Of a DNA stretch of 64,000 nucleotides, positions 60,130-64,000 are shown one piece after another. This DNA is from the human T2T-CHM13v2.0 reference genome, Homo sapiens. A model generated the notes under the pieces. That model saw only the letters and a list, made by a program, of their open reading frames with translations, ran no database searches and had not been told where the DNA came from. The stretch's first letter is position 1, and each line of letters begins with the position of its first letter. Where the stretch lies: NCBI RefSeq assembly GCF_009914755.1, contig NC_060933.1; one strand, written 5' to 3'. The translations under genes were made by a program, and so were the position numbers.

Positions 60130-61081
60130 TATGAGTGACCAACAAACACATGAAATTTCTTACAACCAGCACAATGCTTCAAATACACTAGAATGGCTAA
60201 AATTAAAGACTGACAATATCAAGTGTTGATAAGGACGTGAAGCACTGCAATTCTCATATTTTGCTAGAAGGAGTGTGAAATGGTACAACCATGGTAGAAG
60301 AATGTTTTGCAATATCTTATAAAATTAAACATAAATGCTTCTTTTAACCTGAGAATTCCCATTCATGGATATGTGATTCCGTCTACCAAGAAAAAAAATG
60401 GAAATATATATTCAAACAAACAACTCATACTTTGTCTTACAAGTCATAAATAAATATAGTTTAAATCTCTGATTTATTAGATAGGCAAATTAAAATAAAT
60501 GTCATCACAAGGATTACAACAGCCAAGTGGAAGGCTAGATCAAAATGGAAAAGCAAAGTAACTGCATAGTATTTTCACCCCTTTCGGCCAATTTGTTGGC
60601 ATTTGCTCTGCCTAACAAGGTAAAACTCAACTTCAGTATTAAGAATATTAATTGTAGCATTGTCCATAATAGCCAAAATTGGAAACAACCAAAGTCCCCA
60701 CACTGTAGGATGGATAAACATATTGTTTTATATCCATACAATGGAGTGCTCCTAAATAATGAAAAGGGACAAATTACTGATCCACACAATATAGAAGAAT
60801 CTCAAAAACATTATGCTAAGAGAAGCCAGACGAAAAAGTGTTCCTACTGTATTTAAAATCCACCTTTATGAAATTAGTAGCTGACTAAACTAATTGTTAG
60901 AAATTGCAATCAGAATAGTCCCTGGAAAAGAATATGAAAGAGCTTTGGAGAGTGTAATGTCTATGCCCCATGTCCTGGCTGGGGTATTGGGTATTGGTTG
61001 TAGAGGTGTATGTATGTTTGGCATATCATTGAACTGCTCATTTAAGACCTGTGCCTTTCGCTGTTTGTAATTAATACCTCA

Positions 61082-61085
<4 letters not shown>
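60130..61085 (+). mobile_element. L1ME-like 3' region, interrupted by the duplicated 199 bp
   Basis: ctagaatggctaaaattaaagactgacaata; cataatagccaaaattggaaacaacc; taatacctcaa end. Confidence 0.75.
60431..60629 (+). repeat. 199 bp local duplication, copy 2
   Basis: See copy 1. Confidence 0.95.

Positions 61086-61086
<1 letters not shown>

Positions 61087-61140
<54 letters not shown>
61087..61140. repeat. (CA)n microsatellite
   Basis: Perfect run directly visible. Confidence 0.98.
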
Positions 61141-61141
<1 letters not shown>

Positions 61142-61172
61142 TGGGGGAGGAATCCCATTCATAAGACAAGGG

Positions 61173-61224
61173 AAGAAGACCAAACTCAAATGAAAGAAGA
61201 CCAAACTCAGATGAAAGAAGACCA
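61173..61224. repeat. 22 bp tandem repeat, ~2.4 units (agaagaccaaactcaRatgaa...)
   Basis: Directly visible. Confidence 0.85.
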
Positions 61225-62386
61225 TCCCTCAAAAGCCCACTCTGGGGGTAACATCAGATTCATTAGGAGAGAGTTTTCTTTCTCACTGGAACAATATATC
61301 TGCCTTAAAACCTGGCATCTTGTTATTTTATTTTGTTCCTTGAGTTCTTCCCTAGTAGCAAATCCTATTGTTTCTGAAAAGTTTGGGGAGCACTGGTTGC
61401 CATGGATGAATAAGCTTACTCTGGAAATTCCCCAACCAATTCTCTATTTCAATGGGTCTGTAAAGAGTAGAAAATGTGTCCCAGTGTATTCTAGTTATGG
61501 ATTTACTAAAGGTAACTTCAGGGCATCTTTAGCATTCTCAGAGTAATGATACTGGGTTAATGCTAAAAACCGATGTAAATCAGATTTTAATTTTCACTGC
61601 ATGAACATTTCACAGGCTATTGGGTAAGATCTCTATTAAGAAATTAATGCAGCTTTATTACTCTCCTCCTGGGCAATTCCTTTACCTTCAGGCAACAAGA
61701 GACGCACCTGAGAAACATAAATGCTCACTTCCTGCAAGCATTGGACAGGTATGAGCTAAGAAATGGTGACCTTGATAGGGAATAAAATGAGTAGGTCCTC
61801 TTTGAAGAAATGCTGCATACTGAACCCAGAGTCCAAAAAAAGATGTTTCATAAAACAAATTAAGGGAACACAGCATCATGCCAATCATTAAAAAGACAAA
61901 GGCATTTTCCCATAGAAACTAGGAGTAAGAAATATTCTAGCAAATTCAGAAATTTAAAAGAGCATCCATCCCTGAACATGATTTCTGATTCACTGATAGT
62001 TGCCCATAAATATTATTTTATTTTCCTTTGCAAATTATCTTAAACATTGATATCTTTTTTTGATATCTTGATAGCTCTTGTTTGAGAAAACATATGAACT
62101 GTAATTGCATTAAGCCATAAATAGTGACAGACATTACAAAATAATTGTTTTAACCAAGAAGTGATGATGTTAGGTATTGGCTAAAAGGCGGGGGGTTCAG
62201 AAAATAACTTTCAAAACAGTTCAATTTTTTAAAAATACACATATATGGTCGTGTGAAAGAGAAAAAATATCAGTGGCTCCAGTCAGGGTGTTAATGAGAA
62301 GCTAGGTCCAACATAATTCAAAACAATGATCAGCCAAGCAAATTAAAGACTGCCTGACTCATCCTTCACAAGCAGATATCAATCAC

Positions 62387-62433
62387 TGGGTGAGATCTCT
62401 GCTCCACGTGGGTGAGATCTCTGCTCCACGTGG
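62387..62433. repeat. Perfect 22 bp tandem duplication containing CACGTG
   Basis: tgggtgagatctctgctccacg x2 plus tgg. Confidence 0.95.
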
Positions 62434-62759
62434 CTGAAAAACATGGGTCAAAAAGAGTCATGTGCTGGTTAATCTGACATAGGGGACCACCCACAAATAC
62501 TTTACATTTTGCTCTGGTATGTATAATGTAATTTTATGCAGCTTAATTTCTATTTTGTAATGAATAATATATTCTCATGGTTCAAAGCTTAAAAATAAAA
62601 AACAGTGAATGGAGAAGAATCTCCTGCTCCATCTGTGCTCAGCTGCAGTGCTTTTTCTCCCCAGAGGCAGGCTGTGTTATGTATTATGCATCTACCCAGC
62701 ACTAGTGTGTGCACATCTGTGTGCACATATACATTTATATGTGGATATGCAAATATATA

Positions 62760-63123
62760 CAAATGCTCCTTGACTTACAATGGAGTTATGTCCCAATAAA
62801 CCCATCATAAGTTGAAAATCTCCTACGTCAAAAATGCACTTAATACACCTAACCTAATGATAATCATAGCTTGGACTAGCCTACCTTAAACATGCTCAGA
62901 ACACTTCCCTTAGCCTGCAGTTGGGCCAAGTTGTCTAACACAAAGCCTATTTCACAATACAGTGTTGACTGTCTCTTGCAATTGATTGAATATTGTATGG
63001 AAAGCGAAAAGCAGAATGATTGTATGGATACTCCAAGTACAATTTCTACTGAACGCATATATTGTTTTCACACCACCCAAAAGTCAAAACTAAGTTGAAC
63101 CATTGTAAATTGGGGACTGTCTG
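62760..63123 (+). mobile_element. MER47A (TcMar-Tigger MITE), full length, TA flanks
   Basis: ta-caaatgctccttgacttacaatgg ... ccattgtaaattggggactgtctg-ta terminal inverted repeats. Confidence 0.88.
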
Positions 63124-63404
63124 TACATGCTCTTCCACCTCTCACTTTTTCACACAAGCAGTAGCCTACTTTACCAACTATTCCGGACTTTGCTTTTTTC
63201 ACTTAATATACCCCCTAGATTGTTTCTAATCACAAGTGAAGCAGTTCCTCATTATTTTTAAAAGTCAAATAGAATTCCATTAATAGTATATGCCATATCC
63301 ATTAATTAATGTTTCAACAGATCCTTTGCTATTAAACACTACAATGCAATGTATAATCTTGACTTAACTCACTTCATAGTTGTAATTTTTTATTTGCATA
63401 TAGT

Positions 63405-64000
63405 CAGTGTTATTGTTTTGCATTTTACATTTAGGTCTGTGATACATCTGAGGGTTTCTTTTTCTGTAAAAGTATACGATCTATGTCTAGAATCCTCTTA
63501 TTTTTTGCATGTGGATGTCTAATTATTCTATGACCATTTGTTGAAAACCATATCCTTTTCCCATTGAATTATCTTGTTCTTTTGTCAAATATCAGTTGTC
63601 TATATTTGTGTGGGTCCATTTCTGAACTTTCTATTCTGTTCCACTGATCTTTCACCAATGCCACACTGTCTTGACTGTTATAGTTTTATGTGAAGATGGA
63701 TAGTATTAGTCCTCTATTTTTTTTTTCTTTAATATTGTGTTTGCTATTCTAGGTATATTGTCTCTCCAGTAAAACTTGGCAATAAGTTTGTTGATATTCA
63801 CAAAGTAAATGCTGAGATTTTGATTGGGATTGCATTGAATCTATAGATAAAATTGATAAGAAGGGACATCTTGACAGTATTGAGCTTCCCTATCTATGAA
63901 CATGGAGTACCTCTCCATTTGTTTAGTTTTTTGATTCCTTTCACCACAGTTTTGTAGTTTCTCTTATAAAGATCAGTGCACATTTTGTTAGATTTATACC
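63405..64000 (-). mobile_element. L1M ORF2 fragment running off the window end
   Basis: ttttacatttaggtctgtgat; ccatttgttgaaaa; ttttgattgggattgcattgaatctatagat. Confidence 0.85.

Noticed and set aside
61173-62433. Short direct repeats as a CRISPR-like array
   Set aside because: Only two or three tandem units, no spacers, eukaryotic context.

Overview
Primate (human-like) nuclear genomic DNA, intronic or intergenic and dominated by decayed interspersed repeats. These include 12 Alus, two near full-length but inactivated L1PB elements in opposite orientation (about 20535-26257 + and 45340-51670 -), an internally deleted L1MA, nested older L1M fragments, MaLR/ERVL LTR pieces, DNA transposon fossils (Tigger1, MER82, MER47A, MER75B, MER103C-like), MIRs and microsatellites. 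I can support no intact protein-coding gene, RNA gene or CRISPR array. The listed ORFs are repeat-derived, low-complexity or unrecognisable. I did not find a convincing new biological system. The best second-look items are structural. (1) An ~80 bp MaLR-LTR fragment lies inside the target-site duplications of the + strand L1PB (probable 5' transduction). (2) A 199 bp unique segment is copied into an L1ME 633 bp downstream. (3) A 44 bp dispersed duplicate carries an ISRE/EICE-like motif, and one copy sits in a GAS-ISRE-TATA arrangement. (4) An ancient L1 has a twin-priming-type inversion. (5) Several junctions carry template-switch scars. Repeat family names come from my recall of consensus sequences, not from a database search. 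Boundaries are approximate unless a TSD or terminal repeat is quoted.
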